IMG/VR virus record: IMGVR_UViG_3300025021_000154
Coordinates: 25,087-89,086 of that record
Length of the DNA stretch: 64,000 nt
Reading direction: 5' to 3' (one strand)
From: a virus
Taxonomy: Duplodnaviria > Caudoviricetes
Part shown: piece by piece, positions 40,540 through 50,502 of the stretch
How positions within the stretch are numbered: position 1 is the first letter of the stretch
How the letters are laid out: each line of letters starts with the position of its first letter
The notes under the pieces: model-generated
Databases searched by the model: none
Seen by the model: only the letters and a program-made list of their open reading frames with translations
What the model was told of the DNA's origin: nothing
Made by a program: the position numbers and the translations under genes

Positions 40540-43500
40540 GTGATGACTCTTAAGACCATTTTTAACAAGCCAGTTGACCGCCCGATTGAAGGGGTCATCA
40601 AAGCTGACGATGAAGCAAGCCTTCGCCTCGAAATTGAAGAATACGTGCTGACCAATGAAGTCGAGAAGCGGCTTGAGTCTTTCCTGGATGCCTACAACAA
40701 CTACGAAGGTGCCAACGGCGTTTGGGTTTCCGGTTTCTTTGGGTCCGGTAAATCCCACCTGTTGAAGATGCTGGCGCTCTTGCTCGAAAACCGGCAGATC
40801 GACGGGGCCTCCGCACTTGACCTGTTCCTGCCGAAGTGTGGTGACAACGAAATCCTGCGCGGCGATCTCAAGCGAGCGGTCGCCATCCCGTCGAAAAGCA
40901 TTCTGTTCAATATCGACCAGAAAGCGGATGTCATCAGCAAGACCCAGATCGATGCGCTCCTTGCAGTTTTTGTCAAAGTTTTTGACGAGATGTGCGGCTA
41001 CTACGGTAAGCAGGGACACATTGCCCAGTTCGAGCGCGACCTCGACAGCCGTGGCCTCTACGAACAGTTCAAATCCGCCTATGAATCCATGGCAGGCAGG
41101 ACATGGCAAAAAGGCCGCGAACAGGCCCTGCTGGAGGCGAAAAACATCGCCAAAGCCTATGCCCAGGCAACGGGTGGCGACGAGCCGTCAGCCATGGGAA
41201 TACTGGATAAGTACCGCAGCCAATACCGGGTCTCCATCGAGGATTTTGCTGAACAGATAAACGCCTATATCGAACGGCAATCGACCCAGGAAAATCAAAA
41301 AGAATTCCGCTTGAATTTCTTTGTCGACGAGGTCGGTCAGTACATCGCCGAAAACGTCAAGCTCATGACCAACCTCCAGACCATTGCCGAAAGCCTGGCC
41401 ACCAAATGTCGAGGCCGCGCATGGGTCGTCGTGACCGCCCAGGAAGATATGGGGACAGTCGTGGGTGAGATGGGCAAACAACAGGGTAACGACTTTTCAA
41501 AAATTCAGGCACGATTTGCTAACCGCATGAAGCTTACCAGCGCCGATGTGGCAGAGGTCATTCAAAAGCGCCTGCTGACGAAAAACGAAGAAGGCGTTCG
41601 TCTGTTGTCGGACATTTATCACGCGCAGTCCAACAACTTTAAGACCCTATTCGACTTTGCGGATGGGTCCCAAACCTACCGGAACTTTCAGGATCGGGAT
41701 CACTTCATTCACAGCTACCCGTTTACCCCGTACCAATTCTCACTGTTCCAGTCGGCCATTCAGAATCTGTCGCAGCATAACGCCTTCGAGGGCAAGCACA
41801 GTTCGGTGGGCGAACGATCCATGCTGGGTGTGTTCCAGCAGGTGGCGATCCAGATCGGGGATCATGAAATTGGCCAGTTGGCGACCTTCGACCTGATGTT
41901 CGAGGGGATTCGCACCGCGCTGAAATCCAATATACAGCGAGCCATCATTCAGGCGGAAAACCATCTTGACGGTCCCTTCGCGATCCGTCTGTTGAAAACG
42001 CTCTTCTTGGTCAAATACGTCAAGGAGTTCAAGCCGACTCTTCGGAATCTGTGCGTCCTGATGCTGGACGGCTTCAATCAGGATTTGCCTGCACTGCGAA
42101 AGCGTGTCGAAGAAGCCCTCAGCCTTCTGGAACAGCAGACCTATGTGCAGCGCAATGGCGAGATCTACGAATACCTCACCGACGAGGAAAAAGACGTCGA
42201 ACAGGAAATCAAGAACACCGAGGTGGAGTCGTCAGACGTTTCCGCCGAGCTTGAGAAGCTCGTTTTTGACCACGTCATCAAGCATCGGAAGATTCGTTAC
42301 GACGAGAACGGCCAGGACTACCCGTTCTCCAGAAAACTCGATGATCGGTTACACGGGCGGGAGTACGAGCTGGCTATCCATGTCATCAGCCCGTTCCATG
42401 AAAACGCCGAAAGTGAGTCCATCCTGCGGATGCAGAGCATGGGCCGGGACGAGCTGCTGGTCCTGATGCCTGCGGATGAACGCCTGGTTCGCGACATCTT
42501 GATGTACAAGCGGACTGAAAAATACATCCGCCAGAACATTTCGATCACACAACAGGAGGCGGTGAAACGCATCCTGACCGACAAGGGCTTCCAGAACCGG
42601 GAACGGTATGCCGAGCTGCAGCAGCGCGTTCAAAGTCTGATGGGTAAGGCCAAGTTATTCATGGCAGGTGCCGACATCGAAATCGGTTCCGAAGATGCGC
42701 AGACCCGGGTGCTGCGCGGGTTCCATGAACTCGTCTCTCGTGCATATTCGAACCTTCGTATGCTGCGCGGCATCACCTACACCGAGAACGACATCGCCAA
42801 ATGCCTCAAGCACTCACAGCAAGGATTGTTTGGCAACGATGCCACCTCCCTTGCCGAGTCCGAGCAGGAGCTTTTGGCCTTCATCCAGAGCAATAACCGG
42901 GGCGGCGTGCGTACCACGCTGAAAAACCTGCTGGAAAAATTCGAGCGCAAACCCTACGGCTGGTACTACGCCGCCGTGCTTTGCACGCTGGCCAACCTGT
43001 GCGCTCGCGGCAAGGTCGAGGTTCGCACCGACGGCAACCTGCTTGAAGAAGACGAGCTGGAACGGACACTGCGCAATACCCATGGCCACGGCAATGTAGT
43101 GCTGGAGCCCCAGGTCGAGTTCACCGCGTCGCAGGTTCGAGCTCTCAAGGAGTTCTTTGAGGACTTCTTCGATGCCCCGTCCCGCGCCAGTGAAGCGAAG
43201 GCGCTCGGCAAGGAAACCGGCACCGCGCTCCAGGATCTGACGCATCAGCTCACCCCGCTTGCAGCACAGGCATCCCAATATCCATTCCTGAATGCGCTGA
43301 CACCGGTGCTTGAGAAGCTCAAGGAGCTAACCGGCAAGCCCTATACCTGGTATCTGACCGAACTCACCCGCCAGGAAGACGCGCTGCTCGATATGAAGGA
43401 AAGCGTCATCGATCCTGTCCGCAAGTTCATGAGCGGCCCACAGAAAGGCATCTTCGATAGCGCCCGCAAGTTTGTCCAAACCCAGGAGCCCAACTTCGCC

Positions 43501-44106
43501 TACATCGAAGAAGACGAAACCGCTCAGGTGGTCGCCTGCTTGACCGATCCGGAATGTTTCAAGGGCAACCGCATGCAGCAGGTTAAGACGCAAGTCGAAA
43601 CGCTGCAGGAAAAAGTCAACGCCCAGATTGAGGCTGAGATTGTCAAAGCCAAGGAGACCGTTGCCGCCCTCAAAGGCCGACTCTGCGGCATGGCTGAATT
43701 CGGTGCATTGAACGGCGAGCAGCAGGAGCAGATCACTCGACCGTTCAACGAATTCAATGTCGCCATTGAGCGCCAAAAGCTGATTGCCGTCATCCGCGAC
43801 ACCCTGCGCCGGTTTGAGGAAAGCGACTACCAGCGTTTGCTTTCACAGATGACATCCTGGGCGCAACCGGCACCAACACCCGAACCTGCTCCGGAACCCG
43901 GCGAAACCGCCAAGCCGGATGAAGGTACGAAGCCCACGCCACCCGTCAAGCCGGAACCGCGCATCGAGTATGTGCCCAGCCGCTCGGTGAAGGTTTCTTT
44001 CGATAAAGCCTGGCTGGCCGACGAGACCGACGTGGAACGCTACCTGGAATCCATGCGCGAGGCGCTGCTGGATGAAATCCGCAAAGGAAAAAGGATTCAA
44101 ATATGA
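40540..44106 (+). CDS. brxC: BREX P-loop ATPase BrxC
   Basis: RPIEGVIKAD, GVWVSGFFGSGKSHLLK, FFVDEVGQY, VVVTAQE, YPF.PYQF. Confidence 0.96.
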   Translation: MMTLKTIFNKPVDRPIEGVIKADDEASLRLEIEEYVLTNEVEKRLESFLDAYNNYEGANGVWVSGFFGSGKSHLLKMLALLLENRQIDGASALDLFLPKCGDNEILRGDLKRAVAIPSKSILFNIDQKADVISKTQIDALLAVFVKVFDEMCGYYGKQGHIAQFERDLDSRGLYEQFKSAYESMAGRTWQKGREQALLEAKNIAKAYAQATGGDEPSAMGILDKYRSQYRVSIEDFAEQINAYIERQSTQENQKEFRLNFFVDEVGQYIAENVKLMTNLQTIAESLATKCRGRAWVVVTAQEDMGTVVGEMGKQQGNDFSKIQARFANRMKLTSADVAEVIQKRLLTKNEEGVRLLSDIYHAQSNNFKTLFDFADGSQTYRNFQDRDHFIHSYPFTPYQFSLFQSAIQNLSQHNAFEGKHSSVGERSMLGVFQQVAIQIGDHEIGQLATFDLMFEGIRTALKSNIQRAIIQAENHLDGPFAIRLLKTLFLVKYVKEFKPTLRNLCVLMLDGFNQDLPALRKRVEEALSLLEQQTYVQRNGEIYEYLTDEEKDVEQEIKNTEVESSDVSAELEKLVFDHVIKHRKIRYDENGQDYPFSRKLDDRLHGREYELAIHVISPFHENAESESILRMQSMGRDELLVLMPADERLVRDILMYKRTEKYIRQNISITQQEAVKRILTDKGFQNRERYAELQQRVQSLMGKAKLFMAGADIEIGSEDAQTRVLRGFHELVSRAYSNLRMLRGITYTENDIAKCLKHSQQGLFGNDATSLAESEQELLAFIQSNNRGGVRTTLKNLLEKFERKPYGWYYAAVLCTLANLCARGKVEVRTDGNLLEEDELERTLRNTHGHGNVVLEPQVEFTASQVRALKEFFEDFFDAPSRASEAKALGKETGTALQDLTHQLTPLAAQASQYPFLNALTPVLEKLKELTGKPYTWYLTELTRQEDALLDMKESVIDPVRKFMSGPQKGIFDSARKFVQTQEPNFAYIEEDETAQVVACLTDPECFKGNRMQQVKTQVETLQEKVNAQIEAEIVKAKETVAALKGRLCGMAEFGALNGEQQEQITRPFNEFNVAIERQKLIAVIRDTLRRFEESDYQRLLSQMTSWAQPAPTPEPAPEPGETAKPDEGTKPTPPVKPEPRIEYVPSRSVKVSFDKAWLADETDVERYLESMREALLDEIRKGKRIQI

Positions 44107-45158
44107 TCGAGCGTCTTGAACTGAGAAACCTCACGGTCTTCACCGGCCTAACACTGGAGCTCTCGCCCAAGATCAACGTGATCATCGGCGAGAACGGCAC
44201 CGGCAAAACCCATCTGCTCAAGGCGGCCTATGGGCTTTGCGCTGGTGCACCCCTCTTTAAGAACAAGCCCGAGACCAGCGACGATGAGCTTGAAGCGGCG
44301 CTAACCGCCAAGCTGCTCCGGCTCTTCATGCCGCTCGACGACAAGCTCGGCAAGATGCATCGCCAGGGCGCTACCGACCAAGCCTATCTGTCGGCCCGGT
44401 TCGCGGGGGGGCAGAAGATTGCCGCGACCTTCTTCAACAACTCGAAGGCGCTGGCCGTCCAGGATCGCGCCAACTACGAGCAGTATCAGGCTGAGGCGGT
44501 ATTCATCCCGACCAAGGAAGTCCTCTCGTTCATGAAGGGGTTCAACAGCCTGTACGAGAAATACGAGCTCTCCTTTGACCAGACCTATCAGGACATCTGC
44601 CTGCTGCTGGATCTCCCCGAGGTCCGTCCGGAAACCCTGCACGAAAAATCCAAATGGGCCATGTCGGAGATCGAAGGCATCTGCGGCGGCCGTTTCGTTT
44701 TCTATGGTGGCGGCAAGGTCACCTTCAAAACCGAGAATGCCGAATACTCTGCCAACTCCATGGCCGAAGGCTTCCGCAAGGCGGGAATACTCTCGCGTCT
44801 TCTGGAAACCGGCGCGATCCAGCCCGGTGTCAGCGGTCCGCTGTTCTGGGACGAGCCCGAATCCAACCTGAACCCCAAGCTGATGAAGCTGCTCGTGCAG
44901 ATCCTGCTGGAGCTGTCACGCAACGGCCAGCAGATCATTCTGGCGACCCACGATTATTTTCTACTCAAATGGCTCGATCTTGAAATGAACAAGAAAGACC
45001 ACGTTCTCTATCACGCACTCTACCGTGGGGCGAAAGGTGAGATATGCGTGGAAAGTGCTGAAGACTATCGCTCTATTTCCCCGAATGCTATCGCAGACAC
45101 CTTCAACGACCTGACCAAAGAGCAAGTGAACAAGAAAATGGGAGGGTTGGGGAAGTGA
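44103..45158 (+). CDS. ABC-type (AAA_21-like) ATPase embedded in BREX
   Basis: Walker A GENGTGKT, signature-like MAEGFRK, Walker B LFWDEPE, H-loop ILATHD. Confidence 0.88.
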   Translation: MIERLELRNLTVFTGLTLELSPKINVIIGENGTGKTHLLKAAYGLCAGAPLFKNKPETSDDELEAALTAKLLRLFMPLDDKLGKMHRQGATDQAYLSARFAGGQKIAATFFNNSKALAVQDRANYEQYQAEAVFIPTKEVLSFMKGFNSLYEKYELSFDQTYQDICLLLDLPEVRPETLHEKSKWAMSEIEGICGGRFVFYGGGKVTFKTENAEYSANSMAEGFRKAGILSRLLETGAIQPGVSGPLFWDEPESNLNPKLMKLLVQILLELSRNGQQIILATHDYFLLKWLDLEMNKKDHVLYHALYRGAKGEICVESAEDYRSISPNAIADTFNDLTKEQVNKKMGGLGK

Positions 45159-45679
45159 AGTTAAGAGAACGAGATATTGAGATCGAGTTCACCGATGCCA
45201 TTGATGCATTGGTGTTCGACCAAATGAGGACAGGTCAACCCAATTACCACGGCATTGGGGAAATGCATCGGGTCGATTTTGTGGTCGAGTTTGAAGAAGC
45301 CATCGTCTTTGTTGAAGTAAAGGACCCTGAAAACCCCAGGGCACAAGAAAAAGGCCTGAAAAAATTTCAGAAGGAATTAAATGACGGCACCCTCAGTTCA
45401 ACCTTCGCATCCAAGTTTATAGACAGCTTTTTTTATCGTTGGGCAGAAGATCGATTGTCCAAGACTATCTATTACCTGAATCTGGTGACACTCGAAAGCG
45501 AGTTGCTGCCGAATTTATCAGATGAGATTGCAGGCAAACTCTCTCCATCTGGAAAGAGCTCACCTCGCTGGCAGAGACATCCCGTTCAGAATTGCCAGGT
45601 CTTTAACATACAGACATGGAATGAAAACTTCCCCAAGTGGCCTGTCTCTCGCCTGGCCGCTGCTGCCGGAGGAGCTTAA
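45155..45679 (+). CDS. Small putative PD-(D/E)xK nuclease-fold protein, partner of the ATPase
   Basis: RVDFVVE...FVEVKDP (D...ExK); GTGA overlap with the ATPase stop. Confidence 0.6.
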   Translation: MKLRERDIEIEFTDAIDALVFDQMRTGQPNYHGIGEMHRVDFVVEFEEAIVFVEVKDPENPRAQEKGLKKFQKELNDGTLSSTFASKFIDSFFYRWAEDRLSKTIYYLNLVTLESELLPNLSDEIAGKLSPSGKSSPRWQRHPVQNCQVFNIQTWNENFPKWPVSRLAAAAGGA

Positions 45680-45683
45680 ATCA

Positions 45684-48600
45684 ATGGAAACACTTAAATT
45701 AAAGCGCTTCGCTCAATATGCCCGACGTTCTCTGATGGAACAGGTCTCCGCCAAGCTCAAGCTGGTGCTCGCTGAAAACAGCGCGGCTCGGCGTGAACGT
45801 GCCGAGGCCATTAAGAAACTCGAAGAGGCGATCAAGGGGCATGGCAAGGAACAGGTCATCGAGCGGGTGGCGTACATTTGGTTCAACCGCTTCTGCGCCC
45901 TGCGCTTCATGGATGTGAACCGCTATAACCGAGTCAATATTGTCTCTCCAGCCGACCCCGGGCAGTTCCAGCCCGAGATTCTGGCGGAAGCCAAGATGGG
46001 GCACATCGACGAAGAGATGGTCCACGACAATGTCCGGCAGCAGATCTTCGCGCTGCTCGACGGCAAAGCGCCCAGCCGCGACCCGCAGGACGAGGCATAC
46101 CGCCTGCTGGTGGTCGCCGCCTGCAACTTCTGGAACAAGGCGATGCCTTTCCTGTTCCAGCGCATCGACGATTACACCGAACTGCTGATGCCCGACGACT
46201 TGCTCTCGGGCAACTCCATCCTCGCCTATACCCGCGAAGCGATGACGCCGGATACCTGCAAAGACCCAAAAACTGAAGAACCAATTGTTGAAGTCATTGG
46301 CTGGCTTTACCAGTTCTACATCTCCGAGAAGAAGGACGAGGTGTTCGACGGCCTGAAGAAGAACAAGAAGATAACGCCCGAGAACATTCCCGCCGCCACC
46401 CAGCTTTTTACCCCGCACTGGATCGTCCGCTACCTGGTGGAAAACTCTTTTGGCCGCCTGTGGCTGCTCAATCGCCCTGGCTCGAAGCTGGTCGAACAGA
46501 TGGACTACTACATCAAGCCCGAACAGGCCGAAACGGACTTCCTGCGCATCGCCAAACCGGAAGAAATTAAAATCTGCGACCCGGCCTGCGGCTCCGGCCA
46601 CATGCTCACCTACGCCTTCGACCTGCTCTATGCCATCTACGAGGAGGAAGGCGTTGATCCCGCCGAGATCCCGGAGAAGATTCTCACACACAATCTCTAC
46701 GGTATCGAGATCGACGAACGCGCCGGGGAGCTGGCCGCCTTTGCCCTGACCATGAAGGCCCGCGCCAAGCAGCGCCGGTTCTTCAACAAGGGCGTCAAGC
46801 CGAACATCTGCGTGCTGGAAAATGTGCACTTCGACGGCAATGAGTTGAAGGACTACATGGACTTTGTCGGTCGCGATCTGTTCACCGCGCCACTACAAAC
46901 CACCCTGCGCCAGTTCGAAGAGGCCGACAACTTCGGGTCCCTGATCCAGCCGGATGTCACCGACGTGGACGGCATGCTCAGGATTCTGGAGTCAAAGAAT
47001 GTCTCCGGGCAGCTGTTTATCAGCATGACCCATCAGAAGGTGCTACAGGCCCTGCGGCAGGCCGATTACCTGAGCCCCAAATACCATGTGGTGATTGCTA
47101 ATCCGCCGTATATGGGAAATAGAAGTATGGCGGGACGATTGCAGGCATTCGCAAAGGATTGTTATCCAAACAGTAAATCCGACCTGTTTGCCATGTTTAT
47201 CGAGCGCAACATTGATCTCGCTTTGTCAGGCGGATTGGTATCGATGATAACGATGCAAAGTTGGATGTTTCTTTCATCTTATGAGCTGCTCCGCGCTAGG
47301 ATTGTCAATAAAGACTCCATTAAATCCATGGCTCATCTGGGAGCGAGGGCTTTCGATAGCATCGGCGGTGAAGTTGTCTCAACTACAGCATTTGTACTTG
47401 AAACAGAAAGTCATTCTTCCCTCAAAGGGGATTATCTGAGGCTTGTTGATGGTAGTTCAGAAGAAGAGAAATCCTCACTACTTCTGCAAGCTATTAAAGA
47501 CCCATTGTGTGACCATCGGTTTCAAATTTCATCCACTGATTTTACGGAAATCCCCGGGAGCCCTATCGCCTATTGGGTAAGCCCAAAAACTTTCGAATTG
47601 TTCAGGAAAGAAGAATCTCTGGGTGAAAAAACGACCGCAAAGCAGGGATTAGCCACGGGGGACAACGATACATTCGCTCGACTTTGGCACGAGGTCTCAG
47701 TAGAAAAATTCTACACCAGGGCGCAGTCGTGTGAAGAAACATCAACTCTTCCTTATAAATGGTATCCGTACAACAAGGGCGGCCAATTTAGGAAATGGTT
47801 TGGGAACATAGTTTTTGTTGTTAATTGGGAAAACGACGGGGACCTCATAAGGCAATTTAGAGACGAGGCCGGGAAGTTAAGATCTCGCCCTCAAAACACT
47901 CAATGCTATTTCCAGGAGGGCCTAACATGGTCCGACGTCACTTCTGGATACCTGTCGTCGAGGTATTTGCCAAGTGGAAACATATACGACATCTCTGGTC
48001 ATTCAGCTTTCCCGAGCAGCAAAAAAGAGAGACTCTGCATACTCGCTTATTTGAACACAACGTTTTGCCAACGGTTGGCAAAAATACTTAATCCAACACT
48101 GCATTTTCAGATAGGTGATTACTGTAATCTTCCTTTTCCGTCAAAATTTATATCCAGCAACATTGAAGAAAACGCGAACATTTGCGTTACTTTAGGAAAG
48201 ATTGATTGGAACTCTTACGAGATTTCTTGGGACTTCACCAGCCTCCAACTCTTAAATCAAGACCACCGTCAGTCAATTCTGAAGACCACCTACCAGAAGC
48301 TCCGTGCACACTGGCGGGATATGACGCTGGAGATGCAGCGCCTGGAGCAAGAGAACAACCGCGTCTTCATTGACGCCTACGGTTTGAAGGAAGAGCTGGA
48401 CGAAAAGGTTGACCTCAGCCAAATCACCCTGACTTGCAACCCGCACTATCGCTACGGCAACGACAAGAGCGAGGACGATCTGGAGGCGCTGCTGCTGGCC
48501 GACACCATGCGCGAGCTTGTCTCCTATGCCGTGGGCTGCATGTTCGGCCGTTACGCGCTGGACAAGCCGGGGCTCATCCTGGCCAACCAGGGTGAGACCA

Positions 48601-49247
48601 TCGAGGACTACCTGAAGCGGGTTCCTGAGCCCAGCTTCCCGGCCGATGACGACAACGTCATCCCCATGCTCGATGGCGACTGGTTCACCGACGACATCGC
48701 CGAGCGTTTCCGCAAGTTCCTGCGCGTGGCCTTTGGCGACGAGCACTATGAGGCAAACCTCAAGTTCGTCGAAAAGGCGCTGGGCAAAAATGGCAAGGCG
48801 CGCGACATCCGCGATTACTTCCTCAAGGATTTCTACAGCGACCATGTGAGGCGCTACAAGAAGCGCCCCATCTACTGGCTGTTCTCCAGCCCCAAGGGCA
48901 GCTTCAACGCGCTGATCTACATGCACCGCTATCGCCCGGATACCGTCAGCGTGGTGCTCAACGATTACCTACGCGAGTTCCGCACCAAGCTCACCTCCCA
49001 CAAGAACCATCTGGAGGCGGTCAGCATCAGCGCCAGTGCTTCACAAGGCGAAAAGACCAAGGCCCTGAAGGAGATCGAAAAGATCACCAAGATGATCGCC
49101 GAGTTGGAGGAGTACGAACGCGAAGTGCTTTACCCGCTGGCCACCGAGCAGGTGGAGATCGACCTCGACGACGGCGTCAAGGTCAACTACCCCAAACTCG
49201 GGGCGGCCTTGAAGAAGATTCCCGGTCTGGAAGCTGCCGATGAGTAA
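45684..49247 (+). CDS. pglX: BREX-1 adenine methyltransferase PglX (BrxX), 1187 aa
   Basis: AYIWFNRFCALRFM, IPAATQLFTPHWIV, DPACGSGH, NPPY, YKKRPIYW, DLDDGVKVNY. True start probably ATG 45684 (GGAG RBS), not 45522. Confidence 0.96.
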   Translation: METLKLKRFAQYARRSLMEQVSAKLKLVLAENSAARRERAEAIKKLEEAIKGHGKEQVIERVAYIWFNRFCALRFMDVNRYNRVNIVSPADPGQFQPEILAEAKMGHIDEEMVHDNVRQQIFALLDGKAPSRDPQDEAYRLLVVAACNFWNKAMPFLFQRIDDYTELLMPDDLLSGNSILAYTREAMTPDTCKDPKTEEPIVEVIGWLYQFYISEKKDEVFDGLKKNKKITPENIPAATQLFTPHWIVRYLVENSFGRLWLLNRPGSKLVEQMDYYIKPEQAETDFLRIAKPEEIKICDPACGSGHMLTYAFDLLYAIYEEEGVDPAEIPEKILTHNLYGIEIDERAGELAAFALTMKARAKQRRFFNKGVKPNICVLENVHFDGNELKDYMDFVGRDLFTAPLQTTLRQFEEADNFGSLIQPDVTDVDGMLRILESKNVSGQLFISMTHQKVLQALRQADYLSPKYHVVIANPPYMGNRSMAGRLQAFAKDCYPNSKSDLFAMFIERNIDLALSGGLVSMITMQSWMFLSSYELLRARIVNKDSIKSMAHLGARAFDSIGGEVVSTTAFVLETESHSSLKGDYLRLVDGSSEEEKSSLLLQAIKDPLCDHRFQISSTDFTEIPGSPIAYWVSPKTFELFRKEESLGEKTTAKQGLATGDNDTFARLWHEVSVEKFYTRAQSCEETSTLPYKWYPYNKGGQFRKWFGNIVFVVNWENDGDLIRQFRDEAGKLRSRPQNTQCYFQEGLTWSDVTSGYLSSRYLPSGNIYDISGHSAFPSSKKERLCILAYLNTTFCQRLAKILNPTLHFQIGDYCNLPFPSKFISSNIEENANICVTLGKIDWNSYEISWDFTSLQLLNQDHRQSILKTTYQKLRAHWRDMTLEMQRLEQENNRVFIDAYGLKEELDEKVDLSQITLTCNPHYRYGNDKSEDDLEALLLADTMRELVSYAVGCMFGRYALDKPGLILANQGETIEDYLKRVPEPSFPADDDNVIPMLDGDWFTDDIAERFRKFLRVAFGDEHYEANLKFVEKALGKNGKARDIRDYFLKDFYSDHVRRYKKRPIYWLFSSPKGSFNALIYMHRYRPDTVSVVLNDYLREFRTKLTSHKNHLEAVSISASASQGEKTKALKEIEKITKMIAELEEYEREVLYPLATEQVEIDLDDGVKVNYPKLGAALKKIPGLEAADE

Positions 49248-50502
49248 AGCAATTCAGTTTATATCAGAGCAAGATCGGCTCCTGCTCAAATATCAGCCCA
49301 GCGATATTCGAGACCCACGCCTTGTTGGACATAAGCTTGAGAGTGAAGGTCGAGTAACTCTTCGGAAAACATTCTCCTTCGAACGAGCTGACCTGGTTGA
49401 AAAAGTTGAATCGGAAGAGGTTGACGAGTTCGAGTACACCTTTCTCTTTGGCGTAGCTGACGGGCCATATTTTCGGGTTAAGCACCAAATTCTTGGCCTC
49501 AAACATGATCTGCTTCTTGCCAAGGAGATGAAACTAAGTGACAAAACGTTCATTGCCACCCGGGACATTTCCATTTTCCGCAGAATTGATGTGCTTATTG
49601 ATGAGCCTATCGTCGTAGGCGGTGATGCGGACGGCGCAATTCCACCGGAGGCTTTTGATGAGCTATTGGCTAATTTCCCCACTACTACGGAATTAACTCA
49701 TTACGCGAGAGCCAGAGTAGCCGGGGTTTTGAAAGACTACTTGGGCACTATGTCCGCTGCTCAAAACAAGCTGGACAGCTACCTCAACAAGAAGAAATCC
49801 ATTCGAAATCGCTCGAAAATAGACTTTATCAAGGACTACGAACCGAAAAAATTCGAGTATGTTCGAGATGAGCTTTCAGCAATGCTGCTAGATGTTGAGG
49901 CCAATCCCAAGGCATATAAGGAGGAAGATTGGCAACGGCAGATTGCTGAGTTCATATTGCTCATTTTTCCTAAATACGTTGCCGTTCTCGAAAAAGTGCA
50001 CATCAAAGACTTCTATCCAAAGGGTTGCAAGGTCCAGACAAAACGAGAAATTGACTTCATGCTTGTCGATGCCAACGGGACTGTGGATGTTATTGAAATA
50101 AAGAGACCAGAGCCTCATCAATTGCTCTCAAAAAAGCCAGGCTCTCGCGGCAACTACACCCCAAATGGTGAGCTATCAGAGGCTGTCATGCAGGTCGAGA
50201 AGTATCTATTCCACTTGAGTAAATGGGGGCGAACCGGTGAGCGTGCCATTCAGGGAAAGCGCAAGACAGAATTGCCTGCAGATTTCGAAATCAGGATTAC
50301 CAACCCGAAAGCGATGCTCATTCTTGGCCGAGACAAGGATTTCACAGTAGACCAGCTGTTTGATTTTGAAATAATCAAGAGTAAGTACGCCAACATCGTC
50401 GACATTATGACGTATGACGATCTGCTGCGCCGATTGGACAATATCATCGCCATGATTCATCACAACTATTCAAAATTGGGAACTAAGGGAGGGCAAGCAT
50501 GA
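49240..50502 (+). CDS. sduA: Shedu immune nuclease (DUF4263) with N-terminal extension
   Basis: EEDWQ, IDFMLVD, VIEIKRP, ELSEAVMQVEKY, NPKAMLILGR, IMTYDDLL. Confidence 0.88.
   Translation: MSKAIQFISEQDRLLLKYQPSDIRDPRLVGHKLESEGRVTLRKTFSFERADLVEKVESEEVDEFEYTFLFGVADGPYFRVKHQILGLKHDLLLAKEMKLSDKTFIATRDISIFRRIDVLIDEPIVVGGDADGAIPPEAFDELLANFPTTTELTHYARARVAGVLKDYLGTMSAAQNKLDSYLNKKKSIRNRSKIDFIKDYEPKKFEYVRDELSAMLLDVEANPKAYKEEDWQRQIAEFILLIFPKYVAVLEKVHIKDFYPKGCKVQTKREIDFMLVDANGTVDVIEIKRPEPHQLLSKKPGSRGNYTPNGELSEAVMQVEKYLFHLSKWGRTGERAIQGKRKTELPADFEIRITNPKAMLILGRDKDFTVDQLFDFEIIKSKYANIVDIMTYDDLLRRLDNIIAMIHHNYSKLGTKGGQA

Noticed and set aside
45522-45683. ORF-track N-terminal extension of PglX
   Set aside because: It overlaps the upstream gene. 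ATG 45684 has a GGAG RBS and a PglX-like N-terminus.
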